The notes under the pieces are model-generated. The model ran no database searches, had not been told where the DNA came from, and saw only the letters and a program-made list of their open reading frames with translations. Positions 12,226-12,981 of a stretch of 12,981 nt of DNA are shown piece by piece (within the stretch, counting starts at the first letter, position 1; every line of letters begins with the position of its first letter). Source of the stretch: Candidatus Nanohaloarchaea archaeon (GTDB taxonomy: Archaea; Nanohalarchaeota; Nanosalinia; Nanosalinales; Nanosalinaceae); NCBI GenBank assembly GCA_046539225.1, contig JBKHHG010000022.1:1-12981 (forward strand), written 5' to 3'. Both the position numbers and the translations under genes were made by a program.

Positions 12226-12981
12226 CTACTTTTGATCCAATTTCCGCTGAACTTCTTCCCTGATCGATTCCTTGACCCTTGGAACCTCGATCTCACGCAT
12301 CACCGGCTCAAAGAAACCTTTCACAACCAATCTCTCCGCTTCATCTTCATTCAGGCCTCTTGACTCAAGGTAGTGCTGTTTCTCTTCCTCAACCGTTCCA
12401 GCAGCCGCTGCATGCGAAGCTTCGACGTTAGGATCTTCTATCATAAGCTTCGGCGACGCATCGCTTTCTGCTTTGTCGGAAAGCATCAGCGTTTCCTGAT
12501 CCTGAAAACTGGACGTGTCTACAGCCTTCTCCTCGACTTTCTGGAGGCCTTCATACAGGCTTCTCGCCTTATTATCTGCTACGCTTCTCGAATCCATGTC
12601 ACACTTCGTGTTGTCGCCTATATGCCTGACATGGAGAGAAATGTCGTGATGCTGTTCTCTGGTAGGATACCAGACGCCTGTCATCTCCGTCTCCGAGCTA
12701 TCTCCTTTCAAGACAGTTTCAATCTTTGTCCTGTTCAGATCACCCTTGAAAATACCGTTCAGCCAGTTAATCGAACCGTACTTATCCATTATCGCTTTTC
12801 TCCGAGAATAGGAAAACCCACCTGGTTTTTCAACTGCTCCGTACTCTACCGAGGCATTTTCTCCGACGTATATCTCGGTGAAAGAAGTGTTGAACTCTTC
12901 GCTCTCCGTCTCTTCTGTTACCGTTACGTTCGAGTTTCTCTCCGCGTCGATTATCAGGTGGCTTATCACAGGATTTTTCTC
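12226..12981 (-). CDS. sufD: SufD (SufBD family) Fe-S assembly protein, C-terminal part; gene starts beyond the window
   Basis: The frame is open to the window edge. Beta-helix region, then ESDASPKLMIEDPNVEASHAAAAG...HYLESRGLNEDEAERLVVKGFF. The ASHA motif favours SufD over SufB (EHEA). Confidence 0.88.
   Translation of the reverse strand, partial: EKNPVISHLIIDAERNSNVTVTEETESEEFNTSFTEIYVGENASVEYGAVEKPGGFSYSRRKAIMDKYGSINWLNGIFKGDLNRTKIETVLKGDSSETEMTGVWYPTREQHHDISLHVRHIGDNTKCDMDSRSVADNKARSLYEGLQKVEEKAVDTSSFQDQETLMLSDKAESDASPKLMIEDPNVEASHAAAAGTVEEEKQHYLESRGLNEDEAERLVVKGFFEPVMREIEVPRVKESIREEVQRKLDQK

Larger units (their letters stand above)
370..12550. repeat. Dispersed highly iterated palindrome AGGCCT (~63 copies)
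   Basis: Manual count of 63 copies between 370 and 12550, versus about 3 expected for a hexamer in 13 kb at roughly even base composition. Confidence 0.93.

Overview
Archaeal chromosomal window. The soluble proteins are strongly Glu/Asp-rich at roughly balanced GC, promoters are TATA-type and there is a Cdc6/Orc1 gene. This points to an extreme halophile, and my inference is Nanohaloarchaeota/DPANN. Gene order: a 484-aa acidic protein built from two diverged copies of an unrecognised domain; a small convergent beta-rich protein; an HxlR regulator; a membrane-anchored protein; a short Cdc6/Orc1 paralog; a small membrane protein; the three-gene PolB2 cassette (Walker-less RadA-like protein, small helical protein, PolB2); then, on the minus strand, a scattered SUF Fe-S locus (partial sufD, MATE transporter, 5'-truncated cupin, sufS, sufU-like scaffold, Nudix, sufC). 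The most striking signal is not a gene. The palindrome AGGCCT occurs about 63 times by manual count, against about 3 expected by chance. It appears in all reading frames, in genes on both strands, in intergenic DNA and on several stop codons, resembling the cyanobacterial highly iterated palindrome HIP1. No rRNA, tRNA, CRISPR array or transposase was recognised.
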